From contig CAVTET010000003.1 of NCBI GenBank assembly GCA_963733675.1, positions 416,001-480,000 of the forward strand: a stretch of 64,000 nucleotides of DNA. Direction: 5' to 3'. This stretch comes from an uncultured Methanosarcinaceae archaeon (GTDB lineage Archaea; Halobacteriota; Methanosarcinia; Methanosarcinales; Methanosarcinaceae). Below the pieces are notes generated by a model that saw nothing but the letters and a program-made list of their open reading frames with translations, did not search any database and was not told where the DNA came from. Position numbers and translations under genes: made by a program. This document shows positions 46,883 through 57,960 of this stretch, in pieces (the stretch's first letter is position 1; each line of letters starts with the position of its first letter).

Positions 46883-47341
46883 ATGAGACTCGAAAATGAA
46901 GACAAAGAAGCAATTTTTGAGATAGCTGCAGCGCGCTATTTTACAACACAAAACTGGAAATGGGTAAACCTGAAGAAAGATTTTAATAGGATCATCAAAG
47001 CTTTTGATGAACTTAACGAACAATATGCATCCTATTCCTATGTGAGCAGGGACTGGTATGTCGAAAATATGGGTTCTAGGAACCTTCATATGTGCAATAG
47101 CTGGGAAGAACTCAAAAATATGGTTGTATTTCTGAATACTCATGGAAATATTTTTAATTTTCTTGTCAACACAGGAAACGGAAAATCTTTCTGCATCTTA
47201 AGCGATTCTAGAGAATTGAAAGAAATTCATGCAAACGCAATCAAAGAAGGTCAGAAACTCGGATATAATGCTTTTGTGTTCTTAGCCACGATTCCGGAAG
47301 AAATTGATTTCCAGTTACTTCAGGTTAGGGGGGTGAAATAA
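46883..47341 (+). CDS. Hypothetical protein
   Basis: 152-aa ORF co-oriented 33 nt after the previous gene, with GAGGG RBS. Confidence 0.75.
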   Translation: MRLENEDKEAIFEIAAARYFTTQNWKWVNLKKDFNRIIKAFDELNEQYASYSYVSRDWYVENMGSRNLHMCNSWEELKNMVVFLNTHGNIFNFLVNTGNGKSFCILSDSRELKEIHANAIKEGQKLGYNAFVFLATIPEEIDFQLLQVRGVK

Positions 47342-47638
47342 AATCTCTAACCTGTTTAAGCTTTCTTTTTAATTAATGCTATTAAGGCGAAACGTCCTTT
47401 TTTGAGAGATCATTTTTAAACTGGATTTTTGGATTGGTTACTTGCAGGAGTTCTTCTTCTAATATTCGTTTGATTTTATTTCCAAGAAGAATAAGTGCTA
47501 TTTTCCTGTCTTTTTGTTCCACACTTTGTGAGGTTAGTTAGAGAAGATCTTCCTTATGCATGCAGACACAAATATTGTTACATTGGAAACTTGATTATGA
47601 AAACATTGAACACTTATGACAAACGAACCTTGGAGGAA

Positions 47639-47866
47639 TTATTTATTTAACCAGACCAACCATCTATTAGATTCCCTTTTGAGGCTTATTTTGTCTTCTC
47701 TGGCAAGCCACCCAATAGCCATTAAAGCTATCTGGGAATCGAAACCATTCATATTCAGGTGGTTCTTTATCTGGTTCAAACTACATTCCCCTTCTTCCAA
47801 TCTGTGGTACAGCACTCCTGCGGCTTTCCCTATCTTCATGTTCATGTACTCTGCCATTCTTATCAC
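47639..47866 (-). CDS. Small winged-helix protein (DUF2582-like)
   Basis: IG.AAG.LY..L...MAIGWLAREDKI signature. Confidence 0.8.
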   Translation of the reverse strand: MIRMAEYMNMKIGKAAGVLYHRLEEGECSLNQIKNHLNMNGFDSQIALMAIGWLAREDKISLKRESNRWLVWLNK

Positions 47867-48934
47867 CGATATTATTATCTAAATCTTACTTTTTTTGAAA
47901 TATAAATATCGTTTTTGGAATTGTAATTTAATGGGGAAAGATATCTAGATATATTAAATCAAAAAATGAATTATAAAGTCAAAAAATTGATTTGGAAATC
48001 TACCTTGAAACATATAACTGAATTTCTCACAATAAATAAAAACCTTTTTCCTGTGGTAGGTGAACTGAAAACTATTTACATCTTCTCTTCGGTTTATCAT
48101 AAAATGTAGATTTCTTTTCAAATTGTATACAACTTGGATTAAATGTGTCCCAGTTCTTTTTTGCATCTACCATAAAGTATCATTTTATAATTAGATGGTT
48201 ATTTAAGGCAATCAAATTATACATAATTTTATCAAGTCATAAAATTTCTCAACAGATAAATATTTTTCTGAAACTGGATTTAATCTTTTTTAAAAATAAA
48301 AATCTGTCTGCTGTCTGCGCATGTATTGATTACTTCTAATCGCTCAATACACCTTGTATAAAGGAAAAAGATGAAAAAAATGCAATTTATTGTTGGAGAT
48401 ACTCTAATAATCAATCATGAAATCATTTTTCTCACAAATTCTCCTGTTTTCATCAGATCTGCTCAAGAGAATTTCAATTAACTCCCGATTTCAACAAAAT
48501 GCTTACATCGGATTTATGAACAATCACCCTAAAATTGGAGTTTTTTTAAATCTTCTCTAATTTGTTCGAACAAAAGCTATAAAACTATAGGCAAAAATGA
48601 TGCTCTTATACTTTACAAATCCAGCATAATAACAACTGAAGAAGATTTCGATTGGATCTTCTCGTTAGTATTAAGCAACCTTGGGAATAAAAAATAGTTG
48701 TCAGGTTGGTGTTATTCACCCCATATGTTAAAAAAGAGCAGCGGATATTGATTGATAAGTGATTATTTCTTCCTCAAAAATGAGTAGATGACATGTAATG
48801 CTTTTTAAAAGCTAATGTTCCTCTTGAGGATTCCTCATACTAATAGCCGGGGAAAAAAATCATCCATCAGGCAAAAGAGTACAAAAAGTTTATATAAAAA
48901 ATAACTGTTTACTTTTTCGTTGGAAATAGATGGA

Positions 48935-49112
48935 AATAAATGTTGTAGATCTATATCAAAAATTCAAAAAAAAATATTGTAATAAGTAGTAACTCTAATA
49001 GATATTGCAAATCTATATCTAAAATTCAAAAATATGTTAATAAGTAGCAACCATAATAGATGTTCCAGATTTATATGATAGCTATATCTCAAATATGATA
49101 GCTATATCTCAA
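48935..49112. repeat. ~60-bp imperfect tandem repeat (about 2.4 units) followed by a 20-bp tandem duplication
   Basis: AATARATRTTSYARATYTATAT recurs at about 48935, 48997 and 49055, with shared AAAATTCAAAAA and TAATAAGTAG; TATGATAGCTATATCTCAA occurs twice at 49074-49112. Confidence 0.75.
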
Positions 49113-49472
49113 TTATTAAGAACAGACGGGAAAAAACCTTGGCCTGTGATTCTACCAGCCACGTGTATCAAATCTAATGTATATAAAATTGTCGCATTTG
49201 GGAAAAGTATCAAGCGGAAAGAAGTTCAGGTTAATGTTCTTTCTATTAGAGAAAAAAGTAGTTATTGATGGTTGCTATAGCTCATCTGATTATTAATATA
49301 AAAATTATCCTATGGTGGTGAAACTATAGCGTTAGAGAAACTTGAGATGAGTCTTTCGTGTTACAATGCTAATCTTAATTATTATCGAATGTTATAAATA
49401 TATTAAGTATATGATTGGATAGAAAATCTCGATTTATTTTTTAAAGATATTATGAGAGAAGTGATCGGCTAA

Positions 49473-51911
49473 ATGGAGATTATAACCGAAAATAGAGTTG
49501 CTAAGGCGATTTTTAAAGGCTTGTTTAGTTTAGTCATTCTGTCGCTAACACAGGCAATAGCTGCTGCCAGTGAGGCAAATCTTAAGATTCCAAATTTGAG
49601 CCAGGAGCAAAACAATTTACTGCTCTACGGTATTGTTGTGTGTGTATTAGGAATGCTATTCGGTCTTTATCAATTTATAAAGGTGAATAGAATTCAAGCC
49701 CATCAGTGCATGCTGGATGTAGCCAACATCATTTACGAGACTTGCAAGACGTATCTTATCCAGCAGGGTAAATTACTGTGCATATTATTTGCCTTTATCG
49801 GTTTCTGTATAGCCTTTTACTTTGGTTTCCTGCAGAAAACATCTCTTAGTGGAGTTTTGCTCATCCTGACCTGGACTGTAATAGGAATATTGGGTTCCTA
49901 CAGTGTTGCTTGGTACGGTATTCGCATGAATACTCTGGCTAATAGCAGAGTCGCATTTACTGCCCTGGGAACAAAACCCTTGGAAATGTTAAACATTGCT
50001 CTTGATGCAGGAATGAGCATAGGAGTGCTTCTTGTCTGCGTTGAGCTGATAATGATGTTAATCATATTGCTGTTTGTTCCGAGGGCGTTGGCCGGCGCAA
50101 GCTTCATAGGCTTTGCAATCGGCGAATCTCTGGGAGCCAGTGCCTTGCGTATCGCCGGAGGCATATTCACCAAAATTGCTGATATAAGTGCTGACCTGAT
50201 GAAAATAGTCTTTGGAATAAAAGAAGACGACCCACGTAATCCAGGTGTTATTGCCGATTGCACGGGAGACAATGCAGGTGACAGTATAGGACCAACTGCA
50301 GATGGATTCGAAACGTATGGAGTAACTGGTGTAGCTTTAATATCCTTCATCGTCCTGGCTGTGCAACCTGCCTTGACAGGCATCTTGCTTACCTGGATAT
50401 TTGTAATGCGTGTGCTTATGATACTTACTTCCATAGGTTCGTTCTATATAAATAAAGCCTTAAGTCAATTAAGATTTGGCAGCAAAGAAGAATTCGATTT
50501 TGAACAGCCCCTGACCAGCTTGGTATGGATTACCTCCATTCTTTCAATCGCTGTAACCTTCGTCATAAGCTATTACATGTTAGGATCAGGTTCCGGAGTA
50601 CCCGGCCAGCTGGATAAACTCTGGCTAGTGCTCTCAGTAATCATAAGCTGTGGTACCCTGGGGGCAGCTTTGATTCCCGAATTTACCAAAAAATTTACAA
50701 GCCAGAATTGTTTGCATGTAGCCGAAGTTGTCAAAACTTCACGAGAAGGCGGCGCCTCACTTAACATCCTGTCTGGACTAGTTGCAGGAAACTTCAGTGC
50801 GTTCTGGATTGGCATGGTATTCATGGCATTGATGTTCTGTGCCTATTATGCTAGCGGTTATGGTTTGAGTGGGATAATGATCTATCCCTCCATATTTGCG
50901 TTTGGGCTTGTAGCATTTGGAATGCTGGGTATGGGCCCGGTTACAATAGCAGTCGATAGCTATGGGCCAGTGACAGATAATGCCCAGTCTATTTTCGAGT
51001 TGTCATTAATAGAATCCATCCCAAAAATAGATGCACAGATTCAAACAGAATATGGTTTCAAGCCGAATTTCGATAAAGCCAAAAAGTACCTGGAAGCTAA
51101 TGATGGAGCAGGAAATACCTTTAAGGCCACAGCTAAACCAGTTTTAATAGGTACAGCGGTTGTTGGTGCTACAACTATGATATTCTCTCTGATTCTGGTT
51201 ATTAAGAATGTTTTGGGGGTACAACCGGAAGAAATTCTAACTTTGCTTAATCCTTATACAATATTAGGATTTCTAGCAGGTGGTTCTGTAATCTATTGGT
51301 TTACTGGGGCATCAATCCAAGCTGTAACCGCTGGAGCCCATCGAGCGGTTGAATATATCAAGACGCATATCCGACTGGATGAAAATGCCAGCCAGAAAGC
51401 TGCCAAGGAAAATTCAAAAGAAGTAGTAAAGATTTGCACACAGTATGCTCAGCAAGGGATGTTCAACATATTTATAGCCGTATTTTCCTTTACATTAGCA
51501 TTTTCTTTCCTCTCAGCTCCTGTAAGCGGGAATCAATCAGTGTCGCTTTTCGTTTCCTACTTGATCTCCATCGCTGTATTCGGATTGTTCCAGGCCGTAT
51601 TCATGGCCAACGCCGGTGGGTGCTGGGATAATGCCAAAAAAGTAGTGGAAGTGGACTTGCAGGAAAAAGGCACTCCTTTACATGAGGCAACAATTGTAGG
51701 AGATACTGTAGGTGACCCTTTTAAAGACACTTCCTCGGTAGCTTTAAATCCAATCATCAAGTTCACCACATTGTTTGGTTTGTTAGCCATGGAAATAGCT
51801 ATATCTGAGTCCTTCAGAAGCGTTGCTCCCTATGTTGGCAGCGTATTCCTTTTGATTGCGTTACTCTTTGTATGGCGTTCATTCTATTCTATGAGGATAC
51901 CGAACGATTAA
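49473..51911 (+). CDS. hppA: Membrane-bound ion-translocating pyrophosphatase (K+-independent, divergent type)
   Basis: GGIFTKIAD..ADL.K, EDDPRNPGVIADCTGDNAGD, DSYGPVTDNA, GNTFKA, GDTVGDPFKDTS. Confidence 0.95.
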   Translation: MEIITENRVAKAIFKGLFSLVILSLTQAIAAASEANLKIPNLSQEQNNLLLYGIVVCVLGMLFGLYQFIKVNRIQAHQCMLDVANIIYETCKTYLIQQGKLLCILFAFIGFCIAFYFGFLQKTSLSGVLLILTWTVIGILGSYSVAWYGIRMNTLANSRVAFTALGTKPLEMLNIALDAGMSIGVLLVCVELIMMLIILLFVPRALAGASFIGFAIGESLGASALRIAGGIFTKIADISADLMKIVFGIKEDDPRNPGVIADCTGDNAGDSIGPTADGFETYGVTGVALISFIVLAVQPALTGILLTWIFVMRVLMILTSIGSFYINKALSQLRFGSKEEFDFEQPLTSLVWITSILSIAVTFVISYYMLGSGSGVPGQLDKLWLVLSVIISCGTLGAALIPEFTKKFTSQNCLHVAEVVKTSREGGASLNILSGLVAGNFSAFWIGMVFMALMFCAYYASGYGLSGIMIYPSIFAFGLVAFGMLGMGPVTIAVDSYGPVTDNAQSIFELSLIESIPKIDAQIQTEYGFKPNFDKAKKYLEANDGAGNTFKATAKPVLIGTAVVGATTMIFSLILVIKNVLGVQPEEILTLLNPYTILGFLAGGSVIYWFTGASIQAVTAGAHRAVEYIKTHIRLDENASQKAAKENSKEVVKICTQYAQQGMFNIFIAVFSFTLAFSFLSAPVSGNQSVSLFVSYLISIAVFGLFQAVFMANAGGCWDNAKKVVEVDLQEKGTPLHEATIVGDTVGDPFKDTSSVALNPIIKFTTLFGLLAMEIAISESFRSVAPYVGSVFLLIALLFVWRSFYSMRIPND

Positions 51912-51949
51912 AGAAGGAAATCATCTTTTGGTTAAGACTAATATCATAT

Positions 51950-52036
51950 ACCCTTGAAAAATCTTCCAATTTAGCCGATTGTCTATAAAATAGCCTATGA
52001 ATAATTTATTGAAATAAGAGGTTTATCGAAATTCTG
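51950..52036. mobile_element. MITE-like element, copy 4 (subtype B, left end eroded)
   Basis: Right TIR GAGGTTTATCGAAATTCT at 52018-52035; internal TAATTTATTGAAAT matches copy 5. Confidence 0.6.
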
Positions 52037-52868
52037 ATGAGATTAGGTTGTACAAAAGCCGATGTTATGAGGGTTTATCTACTGAAAGTTCTCAGATCAT
52101 GTTCTGAATATTTTATGCTTAAAAGATTTCACTTAATCATGTTAATTTTAATACACTTCCAGTTGTGGAGTTTAACGCTAGAAAGATCAGATGGATCCTC
52201 GCTCGAGAGAAGAATGGTGTGAACATACTTCACTACGTATAAGATCCGGAATCTCAGCTCATCGAGTTCAAAATATCTTGAAGAAATACTATAATGCTCT
52301 TATCAAGAATTTTTTATCAACAGAATCATTACACGGCCAAAAAAACGTTATCGATGGGAAAATATGGCTAATTATAGTTAACTTAGCAATTGTTTATACT
52401 TTTATATTTGTTCATCAAGTATTTTTACTCAATTCTGAGCACATGATTTTGTTTAGCTAGCTTTGTATATTTTACCTCTGACCAATTCTCATAGTCATGT
52501 AATTGGTTCAATAAATTATTTCCAAATATCTTTCTCTAAACTTTTCCAGATAAATTTATGTGGATTTGTAGAAGTGGTTTCGGAACTGAAGAAATTCTCA
52601 TAATACTGGTCGTATGGGAATTTAATTATCGAGCATAATGATTGGATAGCTTCTTATCATTGCAAGGATTCAGAGTTCATTTGGGCGACCAATGATTAAT
52701 TTTTTGGTATCAGTATGTTCATCCTGTCTAACATAGTTTAGTCTCAAACAGTAGGACTCTTTCTAGAGCTCAGAATATCTATGTGGAGAGTAGGAGCTAA
52801 GACACACATTTTCCTCTTGAAGATCGGCGAGGTTGAGACTATTAAAAAAGTGATATTTTTGATAGAGC

Positions 52869-53894
52869 TCATGAGCCCATTACCACCTCCACAGTTTTCT
52901 TGTATATATTTTCAATTACGTATTCTACAACTGCATTCCCTACATCTATCGTTCTTGCCGTACCTTTCAGGTCAGGAGTAATAATCTTTTTTTGAAGCAC
53001 GTCAGCTATTGCCTCGTCAATAATCAGATAGCGCGGTTCACCCATCCATTCTAGCAACATCTTTACGCAAAGGATTGCAGCAAACGGGTTTGAAATACCT
53101 TTTCCTGCAATATCTGGTGCACTACCATGTACGGGTTCGAAAAAAGCATATTTTTCCCCTATATTGGCGCTGGGGACAAGGCCAAGGCTTCTGACAAGAG
53201 CTGCACACATATCACTCAAAATATCCCCAAAAAGGTTTGTTGTAACCACAACATCATATCTCTCTGGGTGCATCATAAGGCTATAAGCCATTGAATCAAC
53301 TAACATATCCCCATACTCCACGGCATGATCACTGGCGGTCCGTCTGCAAACATCAAGGAAAAGATTATCTGATTTCAAGACATTGGATTTGTGGACAATA
53401 GTCAGTTTGTTCTTTCTTTGTTTTGCAAGTTTGCAGGCATATTCTGCAATTCTCTCAGAGCCTCTTCGTGTGACAATTCTTTTTGTCCAGGATATCTCAG
53501 GTCCGATTCCCTCAATTCCCGAATACAATCCTTCAGTGTTTTCCCTGACAATAATAAAATCGAAATCGTTTTTTCCGGTAATGCCAACTACTCCAGGAAG
53601 GGGTTTTATAGGTCTTATATTGGCATAAAGGTCCAGTTCCTTCCGGATAGTCAGGAGCAAACTTTTGTAATTTGGCTCTGGTACGGTGGTAATTGCTCCA
53701 AAAAGAACTGCATCGCATCCCTTTATGGTTTCAAGATCTTCATTTGACATTGCAGTACCTACTTTCTCCCACCTTGCATAACCCAGTTCCAAAGGTACTT
53801 TCTCAATATCAAGCCCGAAAGCATCCAGAACCTTAACAGCTTCTGGAATCACTTCTCTACCAATCCCATCACCTTCGATTACAGCCAGTTTCAT
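52869..53894 (-). CDS. Isocitrate/isopropylmalate dehydrogenase family (LeuB or homoisocitrate dehydrogenase AksF)
   Basis: [50 protein letters not shown]. Confidence 0.92.
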   Translation of the reverse strand: MKLAVIEGDGIGREVIPEAVKVLDAFGLDIEKVPLELGYARWEKVGTAMSNEDLETIKGCDAVLFGAITTVPEPNYKSLLLTIRKELDLYANIRPIKPLPGVVGITGKNDFDFIIVRENTEGLYSGIEGIGPEISWTKRIVTRRGSERIAEYACKLAKQRKNKLTIVHKSNVLKSDNLFLDVCRRTASDHAVEYGDMLVDSMAYSLMMHPERYDVVVTTNLFGDILSDMCAALVRSLGLVPSANIGEKYAFFEPVHGSAPDIAGKGISNPFAAILCVKMLLEWMGEPRYLIIDEAIADVLQKKIITPDLKGTARTIDVGNAVVEYVIENIYKKTVEVVMGS

Positions 53895-54229
53895 GCTAAC
53901 TGCATCTATAACTTGCAGTATATGAATTTGGTGTAACTTTTTCAAATATCAAAAGAGATTTATCAAAATTCTCTATGCATATCTATATCCCCTACTAACA
54001 TCGGACTAAACTATGTTGTGATTTTGTTTGTTGTTATATTTTTGATTTATATATCCATTAAATCCAATTCGAGGTGCTAAATTTCTTTATCGATTAAATT
54101 TCATTAACCACTTCAGGAATATTTTTTCTGGAATATTGTATAATTCCTCTATTCCATATGTTACTAGTTTAATAATGTCTCGAATGATTACTGATTTCAT
54201 TTTATATGCTGTAATCCCAAGAAATGATT

Positions 54230-54319
54230 TAGAAGATTTCGATAAACCCCAATTTTTGGATTATTGTTTAATGCCTAATAAGTAATTTGTTGAAATCGGA
54301 GGTTTATCGAAATTCTCTA
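54230..54319. mobile_element. MITE-like element, copy 5 (subtype B)
   Basis: TAGAAGATTTCGATAAACCCC...GGAGGTTTATCGAAATTCTCTA. Confidence 0.8.
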
Positions 54320-54336
54320 AAGTTCAACAGAATTTA

Positions 54337-54429
54337 TAGATAATTTCGATACACCCATTGATTTCGTCATGTGATTGTAGATTGTATCTAAATGGCTCGT
54401 GAAAATAAGAGGTTTATCGAAATCTTCTA
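54337..54429. mobile_element. MITE-like element, copy 6 (subtype A), 17 bp after copy 5
   Basis: TAGATAATTTCGATACACCC...GGCTCGTGAAAATAAGAGGTTTATCGAAATCTTCTA. Confidence 0.8.
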
Positions 54430-55083
54430 GAGTATTAAAATGTCATTATTTTTTCCAGGTATTTTAATTTTCTTATATTTGGAGTGCTTCTACTCCCATA
54501 ATATTCAATATTTTGGAAGTCAATGGCGATGTCTTAAACCTTAGTTTTAATGTAATCATCTTAAAAATTTCGATGTTTATTTTCCTCAATAAAAAATTTT
54601 TTTTCAACATAATTAGATTTTATATAATCAAAGATAATAAAAATTGGGCTAATTTTTATTTTTGATATCATGATCTTAGATCGTTATTTATAGATTCAAG
54701 AGGATTGTTAGAAGATGTTGCAGCCGGAAGTATATCATTAAAAAAATATTAAGAGCAATATTTTACTTACTCAAGTAAAGTTATTATATCAACAATACTA
54801 CATAATTCCGAAGATACATAAGGTAAATTTGTTGCATTTATGCCAGAATTGGAAGTATTTTTCTTTGCCATAATCAACTACTAAATTACCTCAAATAATT
54901 TATTTGATATTTTTCTAATTTGTAGAAATGGTTTTGGAACTAACTAGATTCGAAAATACTGTAATTAACAAAAACTATATGTTAGAGAATTGTTATTATC
55001 GCCTTAAAATTGCCATAATTTGCCAAACTTCATCATCATTTCATAATTGCCTTATTTGCCTTTAAAGATTTTCAGGTGAGTTA

Positions 55084-55260
55084 GTGAGCATCAACATAAA
55101 CAGATATAAATGCGGATATTGTGGTGCCTGCGTGGGAGTCTGCCCTAAGGGATCACTCGAACTTGTAGAGACCTGGGTTGAAGTGGATGAAAATACGTGC
55201 ATGATATGTGGAATATGCGATCGCATTTGCCCTGTTGGAGCAATTGAGGTAACTAAATGA
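55084..55260 (+). CDS. 2[4Fe-4S] ferredoxin (58 aa), likely partner of geranylgeranyl reductase
   Basis: Hand translation [58 protein letters not shown]; AGGTGA RBS; ATGA overlap with GGR. Not in the ORF track. Confidence 0.93.
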   Translation: MSININRYKCGYCGACVGVCPKGSLELVETWVEVDENTCMICGICDRICPVGAIEVTK

Positions 55261-56480
55261 AGACCATGTATGATGTTTTAGTGATAGGAGCCGGTCCCGC
55301 GGGTTCAATTGCTGCAAAAACCGCAGCTGAGAAAGGACTAACTGTGCTTTTAATCGAGAAACGCCAAGCAATAGGCGATCCTGTACGCTGTGCCGAAGGT
55401 GTGAGCAAAGAATATCTCAAAAAACATGTGGAAATTGACAAGAAGTGGATTTGTGCTGACCTCAAAGGCGCTCGTATTTACGCACCTGATGGTACAAAGA
55501 TAGAAATGGCAGAAGAAATTGCTGGCGGAGAGGTTGGGTATGTCCTTGAGAGAAAAATTTTCGATCGTGCTCTTGCGGAAAAGGCTTCAAAAGCTGGAGC
55601 AGAGGTTAGGGTAAAAACCAGAGCTATTGGCTTGATAATTGAAGAAGATTTCGTCAAAGGAGCTAGACTCATGCAGCTTGGAAAAGAGTATGATGTACAT
55701 GCCCGAATAGTCATAGGTGCTGACGGGATCGAATCAAAAGTAGGACGGTGGGCAGGCATTGATACTTCCCTAAAGCCCATTGACATAGAAACCTGTGTTC
55801 AATATTTGGTAGCTGGTGTGGATATAAACCAGGAATACTGTGAGTTTTACATCGGAAATGACCTCGCACCTGGTGGATATATATGGATTTTTCCGAAAGG
55901 TGAAGGAAAGGCGAATGTCGGTATAGGGATTCTCGGGAGCAAGATGGGAAAATTCAAGCCAAGGCCAGTAGATTACCTCAATAGTTTTCTGGAGAAAAAG
56001 TTTCCGTATGCCAAAATAGTTGAGATGGTTTTTGGAGGAGTACCTGTTTCAGGCAGTATTGAGAAGACTTCCACTAACGGGCTGATACTCATAGGAGACG
56101 CTGCGCGCCAGTCAGATCCGATCACAGGCGGTGGGATCCTTAATGCTATGGATGTAGGGAAGATAGCAGGAGAGGCCGCTTTTGCAGCCATATCCGCAGG
56201 AGATGTATCTAACGAGAAACTCGAGGAAGTTTATGAGAAGCGTTGGAGATCGACCACTGGGCATGCTATAGACCTGAGCTTAATTGTTAAGAACTGTTTT
56301 ATCAATTTGAATGATGTGGATCTGAATTCCCTTGCCTTTTCTCTAAAAGATGTGAAATTTGAGAGAATGAGCCTTCTTGACCTTTTACATGCTCTCTTTA
56401 AAGCTAACAAAAAGCTTCTCTGGGACCTTCGGGTGCTCTTCAAGGATGCAGCAAAAGAAGTGGCAAAAAATAAAATGTAA
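55257..56480 (+). CDS. Digeranylgeranylglycerophospholipid reductase (geranylgeranyl reductase)
   Basis: GAGPAGS, PVRCAEG, GADG.ES, PGGY.W.FPKG, GDAA...DP..GGGI. Confidence 0.93.
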   Translation: MKTMYDVLVIGAGPAGSIAAKTAAEKGLTVLLIEKRQAIGDPVRCAEGVSKEYLKKHVEIDKKWICADLKGARIYAPDGTKIEMAEEIAGGEVGYVLERKIFDRALAEKASKAGAEVRVKTRAIGLIIEEDFVKGARLMQLGKEYDVHARIVIGADGIESKVGRWAGIDTSLKPIDIETCVQYLVAGVDINQEYCEFYIGNDLAPGGYIWIFPKGEGKANVGIGILGSKMGKFKPRPVDYLNSFLEKKFPYAKIVEMVFGGVPVSGSIEKTSTNGLILIGDAARQSDPITGGGILNAMDVGKIAGEAAFAAISAGDVSNEKLEEVYEKRWRSTTGHAIDLSLIVKNCFINLNDVDLNSLAFSLKDVKFERMSLLDLLHALFKANKKLLWDLRVLFKDAAKEVAKNKM

Positions 56481-57076
56481 TGTCTGAAAGTTCAGTCATT
56501 TTTCATTTTTTTTGAATCTCTTATTCTGATATTTTGTAAGGAGGATCTCTTCTCCCAAGCTATCCAGGAGTTATAGTTTAATATTATCCCAGGAGACCAG
56601 ACAAATATTCTATATGTTTGTTCTTGTCCCTTTCTCACGATCACTTCTGTAATATATTGACTTTGAGGAACTAAAAGATATGTTTTAATTTCTTGGGAGA
56701 ATCAAATATCAAAATTTCAATCATTTCGTGGTGGTTAATTGATAAGAGAACATTGCAAAAAAGAGAACGGCAACCAAAAAAATGATCAAAACCATACTAG
56801 ATTGAAGAAGGTGCAACTGAATACTTATACAATCATTATTCACAATTTTTAGTTAAAATCGCTATGTTCTCTTCTGACTTTTAAACTTTGAATGAGGATA
56901 GCACTACATTCGACTTCCGATTCTAACTTTTTTTGGAAACCATTTCAACTGAAATTGGCATAGTATTTCTAAATTATTATGCACTTAAAATATAACCAAA
57001 CAAATTTTAAAATAGATCGAAACAATATGTAGACAGGAATAAAAGGCATTACTAAATCAAATATTGTTTTTGATTA

Positions 57077-57171
57077 CAGAGGATCTCAATAGATCCCTAA
57101 ATTTCGTCCTACACTTATAGGTTGTGTATATATTTTGAGTAAAAATGAGAGGTTTATCAAAATCCCCTCTA
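57077..57171. mobile_element. MITE-like element, copy 7 (degenerate, subtype A-like)
   Basis: AGAGGATCTCAATAGATCCCTAAATTTCGTC...GAGGTTTATCAAAATCCCCTCTA. Confidence 0.7.
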
Positions 57172-57256
57172 ATACACAATATCCTCAGGAATTGAGCCAT
57201 ACATTTATCGGTTAGTTATGTTCTTAGAATAAGAATATCTGGAAGGTTAAATAACA

Positions 57257-57319
57257 ATGGAAGATATAACAAAAGACAATACTAAAGTTAATGAACATCA
57301 TCATCACGAAATAGCATAA
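57257..57319 (+). CDS. Possible 20-aa His-tract micropeptide
   Basis: MEDITKDNTKVNEHHHHEIA*, preceded by GGAAGGT; ends 28 nt before the next ORF. Confidence 0.3.
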   Translation: MEDITKDNTKVNEHHHHEIA

Positions 57320-57347
57320 ATAAATTTAATAAGGTGAATTAAAAACT

Positions 57348-57524
57348 ATGAAATCAAATCAATATACAGATTCAATAATATGGGTACTAATTAGCTTCTT
57401 TGTGTATTTAATCATAGGAAAAGTAATCTCAATAACATTCGAGTTCGGAAAAATAGCAATAGAGGTGCTTCTTTCAGTGATATTAGGTCGAATAATATTA
57501 AAATTTCTCTATAAAATAATGTAA
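57348..57524 (+). CDS. Small two-TM membrane protein (58 aa)
   Basis: MKSNQYTDSIIWVLISFFVYLIIGKVISITFEFGKIAIEVLLSVILGRIILKFLYKIM; AAGGTGA RBS. Confidence 0.5.
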   Translation: MKSNQYTDSIIWVLISFFVYLIIGKVISITFEFGKIAIEVLLSVILGRIILKFLYKIM

Positions 57525-57559
57525 CCAGCTCTTATAAACGCAGATCAGATATGCTATGC

Positions 57560-57960
57560 CACGGAAATAATTTATTTTGCATTTCAATTGATTTTTTTCT
57601 TTCGGCTAAAAAACTATTTTGATTTGCATTTATTTTATTCCTTACTGCGAATGAACTATCTATATTAGATCCTACCTTGCTACTTCTGATGATTTTTTTG
57701 TGATTCTGCTGAATAGAATTTATCCGCAGATGGTATACATTCGGGTCAACTCCAAGTCATGAAGCAAGATTATCTCATGCAGAAAAATCCTTAAAATTGC
57801 CAATTTCAGCAATTAGAGTTGTTCACCAGTTCCCAAAATATTGAAACTAATATATAAATTTCAATTTCATCTTTATGCTTTCATAAGCAAGTTTCGGCCT
57901 AGTCTCATTTTGTAACTATTGTCTTTATATGATCAAATATTCTAAAAAATCAATTTTTTT
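57560..57960 (-). mobile_element. Second decayed IS110-family transposase fragment
   Basis: Minus strand reads TLIAEIGNFKDFSA.D.LAS.LGV.PNVY.SADK...RITK..S.VAR. Confidence 0.7.

Noticed and set aside
48935-49112. Regularly spaced repeats as a mini CRISPR array
   Set aside because: The spacers are homologous to each other, the repeats are imperfect, and no cas genes are present.
48300-49470. Fluoride riboswitch ahead of hppA (also checked ahead of eno)
   Set aside because: Could not find the GGNGATG...GCTRATGAC core with the required pairing by eye; an Infernal search would settle it.
54230-54429. Repeated TTTATCGAAAT motifs as CRISPR repeats
   Set aside because: They are inverted pairs belonging to two adjacent MITE-like copies, not direct repeats with unique spacers.
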